Counted from the first letter of the stretch, positions 1 through 9,735 are shown. The stretch is DNA of 60,337 nt from a virus (IMGVR_UViG_3300011400_000003:1-60337), one strand, 5' to 3'. Numbers and translations: made by a program. The notes: generated from the letters alone by a model not told the origin.

Positions 1-68
1 ATGTTAGGGGGGGTGTAGATTTGGCGACCCCCCCTCCCCCCTTTTAAAAATAGTCAGAGACACAAAAC

Positions 69-308
69 TCAAGGAATCTCCTTCTTTTCTTTTCGATAAA
101 GGCCTGAAACATTCTGGTCAACGATCTCATCAATTGCTTCTTCTATAGCTTTTGTTTGTAGCTCATCCGACAGTTCATCTGACACAACAGCAATCCTAGC
201 TAGGAAGGACGGTGTATGGTAGCCGGCCGATCTATCAAATTCATACCATTCATCATAACTAGTGAAAGGATCATGAGGGTTGTCTATTGTTGTTAACATA
301 GATCTCAT
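69..308 (-). CDS. Conserved hypothetical protein (last gene, downstream of RNAP)
   Basis: ORF MRSMLTTIDNPHDPF; start moved to the ATG just after the RNAP stop, with GAGGA RBS. Confidence 0.7.
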   Translation of the reverse strand: MRSMLTTIDNPHDPFTSYDEWYEFDRSAGYHTPSFLARIAVVSDELSDELQTKAIEEAIDEIVDQNVSGLYRKEKKEIP

Positions 309-312
309 CACA

Positions 313-3045
313 CTATTCCTCCTCTCCACTAGTTGATGCATCAAGAGTACTGAGCGATACACCAAGTCTTTGTGCAACTTCTGCTCTTGTTGCACCTTGT
401 GCTAGCAAGGAGCGAGCTAATGCAGTCTTAGATGCTGTCATCAATACTTGTCGTCTTGGTGTAGCTAGCTCTCGCACATTCTCAATGTCTGCCTTCTTAA
501 GTATCTGAGATAGTACATTGTCGCTAACCGCACCTGCTTGTACTGCATTCCATTCTTCAGGTGTGAACTTAATCTTCTTTGATCTAACACCTACTACTGC
601 ACGAGCACGCTCTAACTCACGCCCTCTAATCTTCTTACGGGAGGACTCTTCTAAATTGGGGTGTTCTGCAAAGTGCGCTCGTGTGATGGTGTTGGCTATA
701 GCCTGGGCCTTTCGTTCACGGGGGCGGTTACTAATGACTAATGAAAGCTTAGCCTTCAATGAATCAACTTCGTTCTTGTAGATCCTGGCTGCTGATGGTG
801 AACGTTGAAGCAATGGTGTATTCAATGCTTCAAGCCTGGCAGTGTTAGCTAAGTTCTTTAACTTGTTAGAGTGATTAGCATACAGCACTTCCATTGGTGT
901 ACCAGAAGAAAGTGTGTGTGCATCCTCTGCTATGGCTAGCTTGTTTACTTTTCTAGTCTTGGGTACTAACTCGCCTGCTTTGTTGCGACGCTTCTTACCT
1001 GTAGGTACGGTAACCTTACGACCAGTGACCCTATCAACGGGCCCACCCTCTGACTGAGGACGATCCTTAAAGTCGGGGAACTTACGTATCTCAGACTTTT
1101 TCCTAGAGATTAAGGTAGATGCGCCCCTGTTTGCGCCTTCCTGATACTCTGCTTTAAGGGCAGCAATACCATTACGTTTCTTAGATAGCTGCCAATCAAG
1201 GCCGTGTTTCTCTGAGTCAATCACTACCATAGAATGACGGATAGCACGAACAAGATGGTCATGTGGCGCAAGCTTAAGAGTCATGTCTGTAATTAAGTTA
1301 GAGACATTACCCATCTCTTGATTCTTCTTGTCCACTGTAATCTTAGGAATTACTAGATTCCCATCTTTGTCTTTAGGAATCTTATAGATCTGAGGATCGA
1401 AGTCTTTCAACCCATCAAGTGGATCAGTAGCAATGAACTTGTTAGAATTGTTAGGAATGACAAGTACAGTATCACCATCAAAGTCGGCACCAGACAACAC
1501 TTGTGCTGTGCTGTGATTAATACCAACAGCATCAATGGCTTCACCACCAATTAATTTCTGTCCTTCAGGATTCCTGTTATTAACTGTTAATCTAGGAATC
1601 TCAAATGTACCACCATGAGGATATCTAACAAGAACTACCTCTTCTCCATTGTTATAGTTAGGAGCATAGATCTCTCTCTTACCAAGGGTATCAAGAGGAA
1701 GGATGGCGTGCCAGTTTGATCTAGGTAAAGCGGCAGCTCTTAAGTGAACAGCAGCAGCATCTGCTTTGTCAGCAAACTTCTCAAGAAGAACCTTCTTAAC
1801 TGTAGGATTGGTTAACTCCATGATGTCTTCAAATTCTTTTTGTTCACGCTCGAAGGTAACATCAAGTTGTTCTTTAGCCAACTTAGGACTCTGCTTTGAA
1901 AGCATCTGAGAAGAAAGACTTTCTGCCCACTTGTGCCAGTCACCCTGCTCGTTGACAAGATTCATAGCAGAGACATTCTTTTCGTTAGGTTGTCCTTCAT
2001 TCTTAACAATCTGACGAACAACGGAACCAAAAGGATAGTCTGTATCTTCCTCAATCTCTTTCATAGCATCAAGTTTATTTCCTGTGTTCTTCTTATTAGT
2101 GTTGAACACAAGATCCACGCCATCAGGAAGGTTGTCCTTGTAGACAGCCATACCTTTCAGATAGTGGCCTTTACCTACTTGAATTCTAACTTGAGCATAC
2201 CGATTCTTACCTAAAGTAAGATCTTTTGCGCCTTCTCGAACATAGATTACACCATCAGCTTCTGCTCCACCTTCATCACCATAACGAATCATTACTCGTC
2301 TTGGACTGACTGGAATTGGAGGATGATTAGTTAAACCCCACTGTCTTCCACCATCAGATGTAAAGGCTTGAATTTGTTTGATGTTGAATCGCTGTTCCCA
2401 GGCTTCTTTTTGAGTAACACCAGGAGGAACGAGTACTTTGTTGTTGGTATCGAAAGTGGTCCCAACCTGTGGTGATTTAAACTGATGAACCCGGTATCCT
2501 TCTTCTTCAAGGATAGCTACTGCAGCAGAAAGTTTTTGTTGACTTATACCTTTGGATTCTAAACCATCACCAATTGGAACATAGCTTTCTACACCACTAC
2601 CAACATCAATTGGACTCTTAGTTTTCCAAGCTTCATCAACATGAGTCTTAAGCATGGCCGCTGTGTTAACGAGAATATCATTACGATCTTTAACACTAGG
2701 GTCTAAAAACGAACGGAAAGTAGTTTCAGGAACACCCATCGCGGCAGCCGCAGCTACACCAGACATACCCTTCTTATACTTTAACTCATGTGCACGTACA
2801 ATGTTATCTTGCCTCTGTCTGTGAAGCTCAATGGTTTTTCTCGCACGAAGTTGTGTTGTGGAAGAACACCCTAACGCTTCTGCTCGTTCTTTCTCAGTAA
2901 GTCCTTGTTTTCTAAGATCCGCTTCAAGATCTAAGAAAGAAGGATTACGAGGCGTTCCTTCATTACCTCCACTACCCCAAGGATAACGACCAGAATGACG
3001 AGGAGTACCATAGTGAGCAAGATAGTCGTCTTCTTCAATAATCAC
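313..3045 (-). CDS. Single-subunit two-barrel DNA-dependent RNA polymerase (YonO-like), with N-terminal LAH-YG tag and HTH segments
   Basis: LSGADFDGD catalytic motif with upstream YAP and RYPH motifs; 910 aa; C-terminal HTH (RAEVAQRLGVSLSTL). Confidence 0.88.
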   Translation of the reverse strand: MIIEEDDYLAHYGTPRHSGRYPWGSGGNEGTPRNPSFLDLEADLRKQGLTEKERAEALGCSSTTQLRARKTIELHRQRQDNIVRAHELKYKKGMSGVAAAAAMGVPETTFRSFLDPSVKDRNDILVNTAAMLKTHVDEAWKTKSPIDVGSGVESYVPIGDGLESKGISQQKLSAAVAILEEEGYRVHQFKSPQVGTTFDTNNKVLVPPGVTQKEAWEQRFNIKQIQAFTSDGGRQWGLTNHPPIPVSPRRVMIRYGDEGGAEADGVIYVREGAKDLTLGKNRYAQVRIQVGKGHYLKGMAVYKDNLPDGVDLVFNTNKKNTGNKLDAMKEIEEDTDYPFGSVVRQIVKNEGQPNEKNVSAMNLVNEQGDWHKWAESLSSQMLSKQSPKLAKEQLDVTFEREQKEFEDIMELTNPTVKKVLLEKFADKADAAAVHLRAAALPRSNWHAILPLDTLGKREIYAPNYNNGEEVVLVRYPHGGTFEIPRLTVNNRNPEGQKLIGGEAIDAVGINHSTAQVLSGADFDGDTVLVIPNNSNKFIATDPLDGLKDFDPQIYKIPKDKDGNLVIPKITVDKKNQEMGNVSNLITDMTLKLAPHDHLVRAIRHSMVVIDSEKHGLDWQLSKKRNGIAALKAEYQEGANRGASTLISRKKSEIRKFPDFKDRPQSEGGPVDRVTGRKVTVPTGKKRRNKAGELVPKTRKVNKLAIAEDAHTLSSGTPMEVLYANHSNKLKNLANTARLEALNTPLLQRSPSAARIYKNEVDSLKAKLSLVISNRPRERKAQAIANTITRAHFAEHPNLEESSRKKIRGRELERARAVVGVRSKKIKFTPEEWNAVQAGAVSDNVLSQILKKADIENVRELATPRRQVLMTASKTALARSLLAQGATRAEVAQRLGVSLSTLDASTSGEEE

Positions 3046-3596
3046 AGGGCCTCCTTTATCATCTCGATCTGTTGGTCAAAATCAATAATGGTTTGCATAA
3101 TAGAAACAATAAGTTCAGGAGGAGGTTCAAATTCTCTGATTTCCTCTCTTTGGTAGATCCTTAAAATGATTCTAATAGTAAACGGATCAACACCATACTC
3201 CAAACAAAAAAGAGCAGCGTAAATCTCAAGTTGTTTCTCAGAAGTAGCAGTTATGCCTGTTTTAAGATCGTGAATTCTTAATATGTTTCTCTTAAAACAA
3301 ATAGTATCGGCTGTTCCAAAACAATTTTCTGAGAAAAATAAGACTTGTTCGCAAACCATCCTGTACCCAATAGCGTCTGCTACATAAGTACACAATGATT
3401 GTTCACCTCTAGAAAGCTTAACGCCGAGATTAATTGCATCATGAGCAAGTTTATGAAGTGCTGTACCTCGACGAGCAGCCATAACAGTATAGAACCTAGC
3501 TTCTAATTTCTGATCAGTATAATTTAGCCAACTATGGTTGCTAGGACTAAGAAATGCGTGCTTGTCTTGCAGTTCCGAATGCCGATTGAAGATCAT
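3042..3596 (-). CDS. PD-(D/E)XK exonuclease, Cas4/RecB-like
   Basis: LSPS, RGTALH, GTAD, IHDLKTG, QLEIYA motifs. Confidence 0.8.
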   Translation of the reverse strand: MIFNRHSELQDKHAFLSPSNHSWLNYTDQKLEARFYTVMAARRGTALHKLAHDAINLGVKLSRGEQSLCTYVADAIGYRMVCEQVLFFSENCFGTADTICFKRNILRIHDLKTGITATSEKQLEIYAALFCLEYGVDPFTIRIILRIYQREEIREFEPPPELIVSIMQTIIDFDQQIEMIKEAL

Positions 3597-3858
3597 CTAA
3601 CACCCGCTCTTCATTCTGAGGATGGATGAAAGCAGCGAAAGACATTTCATCATACATCTCAATGTAGTAGTCTTGATTCGGCTGCTCGGGCGCATTGTAA
3701 GAAGCCTTAACTTCCAACATGGCCCACTGACTTCCAAAAAGAATAAGAAGATCAGGGATCCCTTGGCTGTTTTGTGGATCATTCTTTAAAATGACACAGC
3801 CAGGAAACAAGATGGTCAACTTTCGAATTAAATTTCGTTGGTAGGTGGTCTCGTTCAC
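3547..3858 (-). CDS. VRR-NUC domain nuclease
   Basis: GIPDL...LEVK...NQ motifs; GTG start with GGAGA RBS. Confidence 0.8.
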   Translation of the reverse strand: MNETTYQRNLIRKLTILFPGCVILKNDPQNSQGIPDLLILFGSQWAMLEVKASYNAPEQPNQDYYIEMYDEMSFAAFIHPQNEERVLDDLQSAFGTARQARIS

Positions 3859-3898
3859 GACATCTCCAGAAAAATTGAGAAACTGTGAGTTCCTCTCA

Positions 3899-3922
3899 TT
3901 ATATGGGATGTTTGGCGAGCGG
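3899..3922 (-). promoter_or_regulatory. Phage-specific promoter, divergent copy
   Basis: CCGCTCGCCAAACATCCCATATAA keeps the CGC / ACA / TATAA spacing of the 14 other copies. Confidence 0.55.
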
Positions 3923-3931
3923 AATGATACC

Positions 3932-4447
3932 CTATTTAACAATTTCGAAGATTGACCCATATGGAAAGAGTTCGACGCCTGAGTATGTAGATGTCCAAAT
4001 ATCCTCAAACAGTAAACCCTCTTTCATCCCTGCTTCTACAATACTAGAATAACAATCACCAGTCACAATATTGACACATGCCAGGTTTTGATAATGCACT
4101 GGTATTCTTGCTCTTAACTGATGTGTGTATTTCCATGCAAACCATCTAGGGCGCCAAATAAGATTATAGGCTGCCACATTAGAAAAATCCCCATCTAATA
4201 TCACAACGTGATCGCATAATAAATTAGGAGATTCAACAAAGTACTCAGCAACTAAACGAGCAACACTACGAGTATGTCTTCCACCATCCCATGGAGATTT
4301 CAAAGCGACCTTCAAGTGTCCGAACGTGTTAAAGCTCAGACTCATGATCATGTCTCTAGATGTGTTATAGATTCTACCAACGTTACTCACATGATATGTT
4401 GGAAATTCTCGTATTACTTCCCATTCCTCTTGAATTGTATCAAGCAC
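3932..4447 (-). CDS. NUMOD4 / degenerate HNH protein
   Basis: EEWEVIREFPTYHVSNVGRI (NUMOD4), RLVAEYF, DGDFSN...NL; catalytic His apparently lost; GTG start with GGAGG. Confidence 0.75.
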   Translation of the reverse strand: MLDTIQEEWEVIREFPTYHVSNVGRIYNTSRDMIMSLSFNTFGHLKVALKSPWDGGRHTRSVARLVAEYFVESPNLLCDHVVILDGDFSNVAAYNLIWRPRWFAWKYTHQLRARIPVHYQNLACVNIVTGDCYSSIVEAGMKEGLLFEDIWTSTYSGVELFPYGSIFEIVK

Positions 4448-4718
4448 GGCGCCTCCAGAACTGCCACCATCGTTTACGAACGAGTGCCAGAGACCAACCA
4501 TTAGCTGTACATTTGTCGCAAGGTAAGAATATACCTTGGTTCAAATCCAATACTGCTCCATTGTCCCCACATACAGTACACGGAACATTGTGTGATGCAC
4601 CTAAACCAAAATCAACAATAATCTGTGTTGCGAACGGTTGGGGTTCTGACAATCGGTCTTGGACCACACGATATCGAGAAACTTGCTGATAATTTGTAGC
4701 ATAACTTCTATTGGTCAT
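4440..4718 (-). CDS. Hypothetical Zn-ribbon protein
   Basis: CxxC...CxxC; AAAGGGA RBS. Confidence 0.6.
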   Translation of the reverse strand: MTNRSYATNYQQVSRYRVVQDRLSEPQPFATQIIVDFGLGASHNVPCTVCGDNGAVLDLNQGIFLPCDKCTANGWSLALVRKRWWQFWRRRA

Positions 4719-4979
4719 TATGTCCCTTTCACGTCAGTTTCAAAAATGTGGACAAATATTTCATTTTCTTTGAGAAAAGACTTTGTAGAAATTTACTAGA
4801 TACTCCCATTCTTACATCCATAAAGGGGGTATTATGTTAAAATATATATAGTCTTTTTTCTTTAAAACTGTGTAAAAAACGCCCCACGTCCGAATAATCC
4901 TTATTAACCTAGTAATGCCCACTATTCATGCCCCAATTTGTCCGTTTCACGTCAGTTCTCCAATTGTCTAAAATGTGCG
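4719..4979. other. Candidate replication origin (non-coding, AT-rich, direct repeats)
   Basis: TTTCACGTCAGTT at 4727-4739 and 4945-4957; AT-rich core ~4835-4867; adjacent to helicase. Confidence 0.45.
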
Positions 4980-6179
4980 TCATATTTGAACAAATTCGTC
5001 AGATTTCTCAGGAATTAGATACTCTCTAATAAATTTACGCTCGTTAAAATTCTTCTTATGGTCTAGTGACCACTTGATTCCACGGTCCATTTCAGAATTG
5101 CTCACAAATATGTAATAATAAAGACTAGCGTAAAAGGTATTTAACCTATCAATACGCCCTTGGCATTGTATAAAGTTCTTATAGGAATAAGTCAGACTGT
5201 ATAAAACCATAGAATCAGTGCTAGTACAGTTCCATCCTTCAGCTCCAGCAGTGTACTGAACTAAGAAAATCCAGCTGTCATGGCCGTCCGATTCGGGTAA
5301 TTCGTCGTGTCTGTGCCCATTCCACTCGAATACATCTATCTCTTTACTTAGCGTCCGAAGGATCTCCAACTCATAATCAAACGTGTAAAACACGATCAAT
5401 CGTGGATGGAAAGCCATAAGGAATCTAAGCGCCTCCAGACGAGAAGGGTCAGAGTTAACAACTCTTCGCATAACTCGATACATTTCAGCAGCATCAATAA
5501 TTGGTCTTTGTTCATATACGTGCCACCGATCTTTAGTAACTTTTTTCACTAATTTTTCATTATAGCTAACTGGTATTTCGTTAAGAAAGCGCTCTGCTTT
5601 ACTAACATATGGCATCTCTACCAGGATGTCGTTCCTGAGAACTTCGAGTTTTCTTTCGTTAATGTATCCACGAATTTTTGGATATTTGACAAAGGGTTCG
5701 TAGATAACGTGACGTTGTTTAAATTGAGAGGCGTTCTTGTAGAAACCATTAGCAATGAAAACAGGGGCATAATCGAGCCAGGTATCGCCAGGGGTCGCAC
5801 TAAGTAATACCCAGTGGTTCTTAGCAGCAATTTTGAGAAACGATCGAACCCAGGATCCTCGTCCGACAAGTCTTTGCTCATCAAATATGAAGAAAGCATC
5901 TTTTACTCCCTCGTACTTCCATAAATTGTTCCAACTATTAACTTCTAGAAGTCCATGGTTTGTATCGGGGAAACCAATTCCAAACTTAGCAGCTTCGACT
6001 TCCCAGTCTAATGAATCACGTTTCTTGGCTGTAGTTATCACATAAATGTGCCGGGGGGATTCTTTTTCAATGTAGTACTGAAGCACCGTTGCAGACTTAC
6101 CCGCTCCTACACCGCCCCACAAAATCTTACCGTTACCGAGATGTTCCACTGCCTCCAACTGGTGCTCCATCAATTCCAT
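4980..6179 (-). CDS. SF2 DNA helicase
   Basis: GVGAGKS Walker A, variant DEQR box, LSATP, AGAEGWN, QCQGRIDR. Confidence 0.88.
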   Translation of the reverse strand: MELMEHQLEAVEHLGNGKILWGGVGAGKSATVLQYYIEKESPRHIYVITTAKKRDSLDWEVEAAKFGIGFPDTNHGLLEVNSWNNLWKYEGVKDAFFIFDEQRLVGRGSWVRSFLKIAAKNHWVLLSATPGDTWLDYAPVFIANGFYKNASQFKQRHVIYEPFVKYPKIRGYINERKLEVLRNDILVEMPYVSKAERFLNEIPVSYNEKLVKKVTKDRWHVYEQRPIIDAAEMYRVMRRVVNSDPSRLEALRFLMAFHPRLIVFYTFDYELEILRTLSKEIDVFEWNGHRHDELPESDGHDSWIFLVQYTAGAEGWNCTSTDSMVLYSLTYSYKNFIQCQGRIDRLNTFYASLYYYIFVSNSEMDRGIKWSLDHKKNFNERKFIREYLIPEKSDEFVQI

Positions 6180-6305
6180 TATTCACCTCCTAATATGACC
6201 GCCATCAATAAGAGCTTCTCTCCACGCCCAGAAAACAAAACCCCAAACAATAATGACAAGAACAACAAAAACTACCCAACTAATGATTTCAATAAAAATC
6301 ATTAT

Positions 6306-6473
6306 TCACCTCGCTTTATGTGCGTGCATATTACCGCTTTTAGTTAAGGCACATTCCGTATTGCATTTCGAGCAGATGCCATAACCAGAAAAATTACCGT
6401 TTGGTGGCATGGTGACTGTGTTAGGTGGTAGTCCGCCGCCTTCGCATTTTATTCCTCTATTTGACCAACCCAT
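6306..6473 (-). CDS. Small hypothetical Cys/His protein
   Basis: MGWSNRG... with AAGGAG RBS; CxxC and HxH. Confidence 0.5.
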   Translation of the reverse strand: MGWSNRGIKCEGGGLPPNTVTMPPNGNFSGYGICSKCNTECALTKSGNMHAHKAR

Positions 6474-6484
6474 TATTATTCTCC

Positions 6485-6754
6485 TTAGAAATCGACTACC
6501 GGTCCAGCACCTTCCCAATATGCTTTGCTCGTAAGAAATTTCAGGATTGGTTTGAGTTTATCGTCATTTATTAGTAAATCATATAACTCAGCGCAAGATC
6601 TACAAATACTGGCTAAATTAAACTCTTTACGCGTCGTGCTGCAACTACAACCCTGATCCCCACGATGAACTGCTTTATTGCAAAACATACACGAATAAAA
6701 TCTAGGCATGAACAGCGTGCATTCCATTACCAAATCCAAACAAATAGAATCCAA
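6485..6754 (-). CDS. Hypothetical Cys-rich protein
   Basis: ORF track; CxxC pairs; start uncertain. Confidence 0.45.
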   Translation of the reverse strand: MDSICLDLVMECTLFMPRFYSCMFCNKAVHRGDQGCSCSTTRKEFNLASICRSCAELYDLLINDDKLKPILKFLTSKAYWEGAGPVVDF

Positions 6755-7008
6755 TATGCGAGCTTTAACACGGCCATCATTAATGCGATCGTTACAACCG
6801 TAACAGCAAGTGCGCCTAGACCTTCCATTATCTCATCCATTATGCTCTCCTATTAAGTTCATCCAACAGGTGTCGAGCAATATCAATTTCACCCATGGCT
6901 TTAATAAATAGAACGGCCTCAATGGATAGAGGAGGAGTATCTAGTTTTAGTGAAAGAAGTCTGTCTCTTTGTGTTGCTAGAGTTTCATTTATGTCAGACA
7001 ACGTTGTT

Positions 7009-7338
7009 TTATCCATCATTCACCTCGTAATCTTTATTATACTCCATACGTTCCATTTTAGGAAAACACAACAAACCCTCGATAACTGTTGGAATATATT
7101 CAGGTAAAAGTTCACCGGTGACTGCGTTAAACAAGAAACTGTTCATTTGACCACATGCCATACGATGCCAAACACACATCGATCCTTCATAAATATGGTC
7201 AGAAGTACTAGTCTTAAATCTTCCACGAATCTTAGCTTTACGAGGACACCCAGGAATCATACAAACATCAAAAGGTCTAACCCATAAAGGATTCTGTGCA
7301 TCAGTAATCATAACAATATCAAAATTAATATTCATCAA
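7009..7338 (-). CDS. Hypothetical protein
   Basis: Tightly packed minus-strand ORF. Confidence 0.55.
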   Translation of the reverse strand: MMNINFDIVMITDAQNPLWVRPFDVCMIPGCPRKAKIRGRFKTSTSDHIYEGSMCVWHRMACGQMNSFLFNAVTGELLPEYIPTVIEGLLCFPKMERMEYNKDYEVNDG

Positions 7339-7565
7339 TCCCCCTCACCCAACATTCTTTTAGTTGTAAGTCCTCTTCTAGTTGGTCTATCGTATGTGTC
7401 AATAGTAATGAGAACGGCTTTACCATCCTCAATCACAACCGCGTCTAAAATTTTAGCGTCACCAAAATCTTTAACCACAACATCAGTACCTATAGATCCT
7501 ACGAATGCCTGTTCATCGAATCGATCGTGTTGATTAGCGGGTATCTTGAACGTTAGTCGCATCAT
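7335..7565 (-). CDS. Hypothetical protein
   Basis: Packed ORF with GAGGG RBS. Confidence 0.55.
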   Translation of the reverse strand: MMRLTFKIPANQHDRFDEQAFVGSIGTDVVVKDFGDAKILDAVVIEDGKAVLITIDTYDRPTRRGLTTKRMLGEGD

Positions 7566-7872
7566 TGCCCTCGACAAACTTTAAGTATTGTTCTTCAGTT
7601 ATCTCGATTGGTTCGTGGTATCGATCTTCCTGATACCAAAATCTAGGATTTCCAAATGTGGTTGTTCGCATACTACGATTTGGAAGGCCATCAAAGGTTG
7701 GGCGTTCCATACCAAATTGAGGCCACCCCATCCAATCACGTTCTTCAGCTGGTTCGAGAATCGGTTTCCATGCCATTTGACACCGTCCTTTGATTAGTTT
7801 ATCGCAGCCCATGTAATCACAGCCTCTATATTTACCGTCGGGGCAAAATATATTTTTTACTTTAGCCATCAA
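7534..7872 (-). CDS. Hypothetical protein
   Basis: Packed ORF. Confidence 0.5.
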   Translation of the reverse strand: MMAKVKNIFCPDGKYRGCDYMGCDKLIKGRCQMAWKPILEPAEERDWMGWPQFGMERPTFDGLPNRSMRTTTFGNPRFWYQEDRYHEPIEITEEQYLKFVEGNDATNVQDTR

Positions 7873-8065
7873 TACTCTCGTATTCTACAAAGGTACAACC
7901 AGGATGTTGACAATGTCGTTTTTTAATACTAAATCTAATAACGTCACCAAGTAACCACGGCCCCCACATCGGAACATGAAACTCGCCATTGGGAGAAACT
8001 ATGCCGGTTGAAATATGAACTTCGTCACCGTTATCTCTAATTCCTATCCTCCAAGCAGCTAACAT
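7862..8065 (-). CDS. Hypothetical protein
   Basis: Packed ORF with AAGGA RBS. Confidence 0.5.
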   Translation of the reverse strand: MLAAWRIGIRDNGDEVHISTGIVSPNGEFHVPMWGPWLLGDVIRFSIKKRHCQHPGCTFVEYESIDG

Positions 8066-8073
8066 AAGTTTCC

Positions 8074-8298
8074 TTAAGGTTTAATATCATCCCAATCTTT
8101 ACCAAAAGGCCAGAACACAGCATATCCATAACCAAGCGTCGATACATGACGAAGTGCATCGATCTCTTCTTTATGTAACCCTATAGGATAAACAGAATCA
8201 TCATAGGCGAACACAAACCAAGCGCCTTCTTCTTTAGGATTATGAAGCTCTCGTAATTGATTAGGAGAAAGTATTTCTTTACCTGTTATTGCAACCAT
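8074..8298 (-). CDS. Hypothetical protein
   Basis: Packed ORF with GAGGTG RBS. Confidence 0.55.
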   Translation of the reverse strand: MVAITGKEILSPNQLRELHNPKEEGAWFVFAYDDSVYPIGLHKEEIDALRHVSTLGYGYAVFWPFGKDWDDIKP

Positions 8299-8585
8299 GC
8301 TCGCACCTCTTTAGTTCGTACGTTGTATCGCATGATCAAATCAACGCCAGTAACCTGAAGAATTTGAACTGTCTCGGGAGTGAGAACAAGCGTTCCAATA
8401 GCTTTTCCACGTAGATCAATGATGGGGTATTCAACAGGAGCCCGTACTGCTCGTCCTGTACATCCACCAACTCCACAGAGTAAAGTTGGGGGTAGTTGCT
8501 GCAGAAAAACCTCTGGGGCTTGAAAATCTCCCTGTTTGAGTGTTTTAGTTGAACCACAATTGGCGCAAGTGTACGTCATTTCCAT
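8286..8585 (-). CDS. Hypothetical Zn-ribbon protein
   Basis: CANC...CGVGGC. Confidence 0.55.
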   Translation of the reverse strand: MEMTYTCANCGSTKTLKQGDFQAPEVFLQQLPPTLLCGVGGCTGRAVRAPVEYPIIDLRGKAIGTLVLTPETVQILQVTGVDLIMRYNVRTKEVRAWLQ

Positions 8586-8794
8586 TAGTCAAACCTTTTG
8601 TCGGTAACTGCTACACCCTTACCGTCCGCATCGAATATGCCTGCACAATCCTTACACGTCTTGAGACCGGTGCTATTAGGTTCCTCGAAATTGTCTTTGG
8701 AGCAATTTGAATCATGTACATAAAACTGTCTGTTACCAGCTAAATCGTGTTCATCCATTGTAACTCCTAGGGGTGGGTGGTTGGGCATTCCCAC
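8585..8794 (-). CDS. Hypothetical protein
   Basis: Packed ORF; start may be the internal ATG (MDEHD). Confidence 0.5.
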   Translation of the reverse strand: MGMPNHPPLGVTMDEHDLAGNRQFYVHDSNCSKDNFEEPNSTGLKTCKDCAGIFDADGKGVAVTDKRFD

Positions 8795-8795
8795 A

Positions 8796-8853
8796 AAGAA
8801 AAGGATAGGCCTTGTGCCTGTTGGCAGAGGCTTCTCCTCTTTTGAACTACTTA
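8796..8853 (-). terminator. Intrinsic terminator
   Basis: AGGAGAAGCC...GGCCUAUCCU stem followed by UUUCUUU. Confidence 0.65.
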
Positions 8854-9065
8854 ATTCGTTTGATGTTGGCTTTTTTTGCGAACGTCATGGATGCTAGCGT
8901 ACGGCTAGGTAGACTGTCACATACCGTCATGTGGAATGTAACACCATCGTCTTCAGCGTCTTCAACGCGGTTAACCATGAATGCTACTTCCTCAGCGAAG
9001 GTAATTTCATCGCCTACCTCAATACTGTTTGCTGCAACCATTTCGTATTCGAAATTGGCTGTCAT
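8847..9065 (-). CDS. Cassette-encoded small protein
   Basis: AAGGAG RBS; own promoter (9091) and terminator. Confidence 0.7.
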   Translation of the reverse strand: MTANFEYEMVAANSIEVGDEITFAEEVAFMVNRVEDAEDDGVTFHMTVCDSLPSRTLASMTFAKKANIKRIK

Positions 9066-9090
9066 CAATTACTCCTTTGTAGTTGTTCCA

Positions 9091-9114
9091 TTATAAGGAG
9101 TGTAAAATATGCGA
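9091..9114 (-). promoter_or_regulatory. Phage-specific promoter
   Basis: TCGCATATTTTACACTCCTTATAA. Confidence 0.8.
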
Positions 9115-9115
9115 C

Positions 9116-9149
9116 AAAAGGAGAAGCCTTGTTAGGGCCTCTCCCTTTG
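9116..9149 (-). terminator. Intrinsic terminator
   Basis: GGGAGAGGCC-CUAACAA-GGCUUCUCCU followed by UUU, abutting the next promoter. Confidence 0.7.
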
Positions 9150-9168
9150 GATCGTTGGTCTACGTGTG

Positions 9169-9369
9169 TTAGTTCTTGTTGAACACGTTCGACGCTGTGC
9201 GCCATGCCGTTTTCGCCGTGACAACGCTGCCTACGGCGGCAAGCGCCACCATCGCAATTCCGAACAATTGGAATCGGATACTGGTCCTGCCCTCGTAGCC
9301 GGCATTGAATGCGTCACGCATGGTGAGGTTGTCTTTGCTGTTCAATTCACCGCTCCTTGTAGTGGTCAA
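9169..9369 (-). CDS. Cassette-encoded small membrane protein
   Basis: One hydrophobic segment; between promoter 9378 and terminator 9116. Confidence 0.65.
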   Translation of the reverse strand: MTTTRSGELNSKDNLTMRDAFNAGYEGRTSIRFQLFGIAMVALAAVGSVVTAKTAWRTASNVFNKN

Positions 9370-9377
9370 TTTCTCCG

Positions 9378-9401
9378 TTATAGACGCTGTAAAATATGCG
9401 A
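9378..9401 (-). promoter_or_regulatory. Phage-specific promoter
   Basis: TCGCATATTTTACAGCGTCTATAA. Confidence 0.8.
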
Positions 9402-9443
9402 AAAAAAAAGAAAAGGATAGGGCTTGTTGGGCCTTCTCCTTTT
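9402..9443 (-). terminator. Intrinsic terminator
   Basis: AAAAGGAGAAGGC...GCCCUAUCCUUUU followed by a long U tract. Confidence 0.7.
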
Positions 9444-9444
9444 A

Positions 9445-9627
9445 CTACGCATTGGCGAATGTTTTGAATTCAACAGATTCCATCATGATGTCTGTGACCT
9501 CTTCACCCAACGCTTCGATCAAGAGTGCTCGGAGCTTCTTGATAAGTTCCGTACGCTCTTTCTTCGTGGCGTTTGTTTGAATCTTCTCACATACATCAGA
9601 GATTTGCTTTTGAAGCTTTCGCATCAT
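9445..9627 (-). CDS. Cassette-encoded small helical protein
   Basis: AGGAG RBS; own promoter and terminator. Confidence 0.65.
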   Translation of the reverse strand: MMRKLQKQISDVCEKIQTNATKKERTELIKKLRALLIEALGEEVTDIMMESVEFKTFANA

Positions 9628-9649
9628 TACTCCTGTTGTAGTAGTATCA

Positions 9650-9673
9650 TTATAACACATGTAATTTATGCGA
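9650..9673 (-). promoter_or_regulatory. Phage-specific promoter
   Basis: TCGCATAAATTACATGTGTTATAA. Confidence 0.8.
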
Positions 9674-9684
9674 CCTCAAAAGGC

Positions 9685-9713
9685 AAAAAAGACGAGCCTT
9701 GTAGGGCCCGTCT
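9685..9713 (-). terminator. Intrinsic terminator
   Basis: AGACGGGCC-CUACAA-GGCUCGUCU followed by UUUUU. Confidence 0.7.
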
Positions 9714-9735
9714 AATTGGCTTTCGCCGGGTTTCG

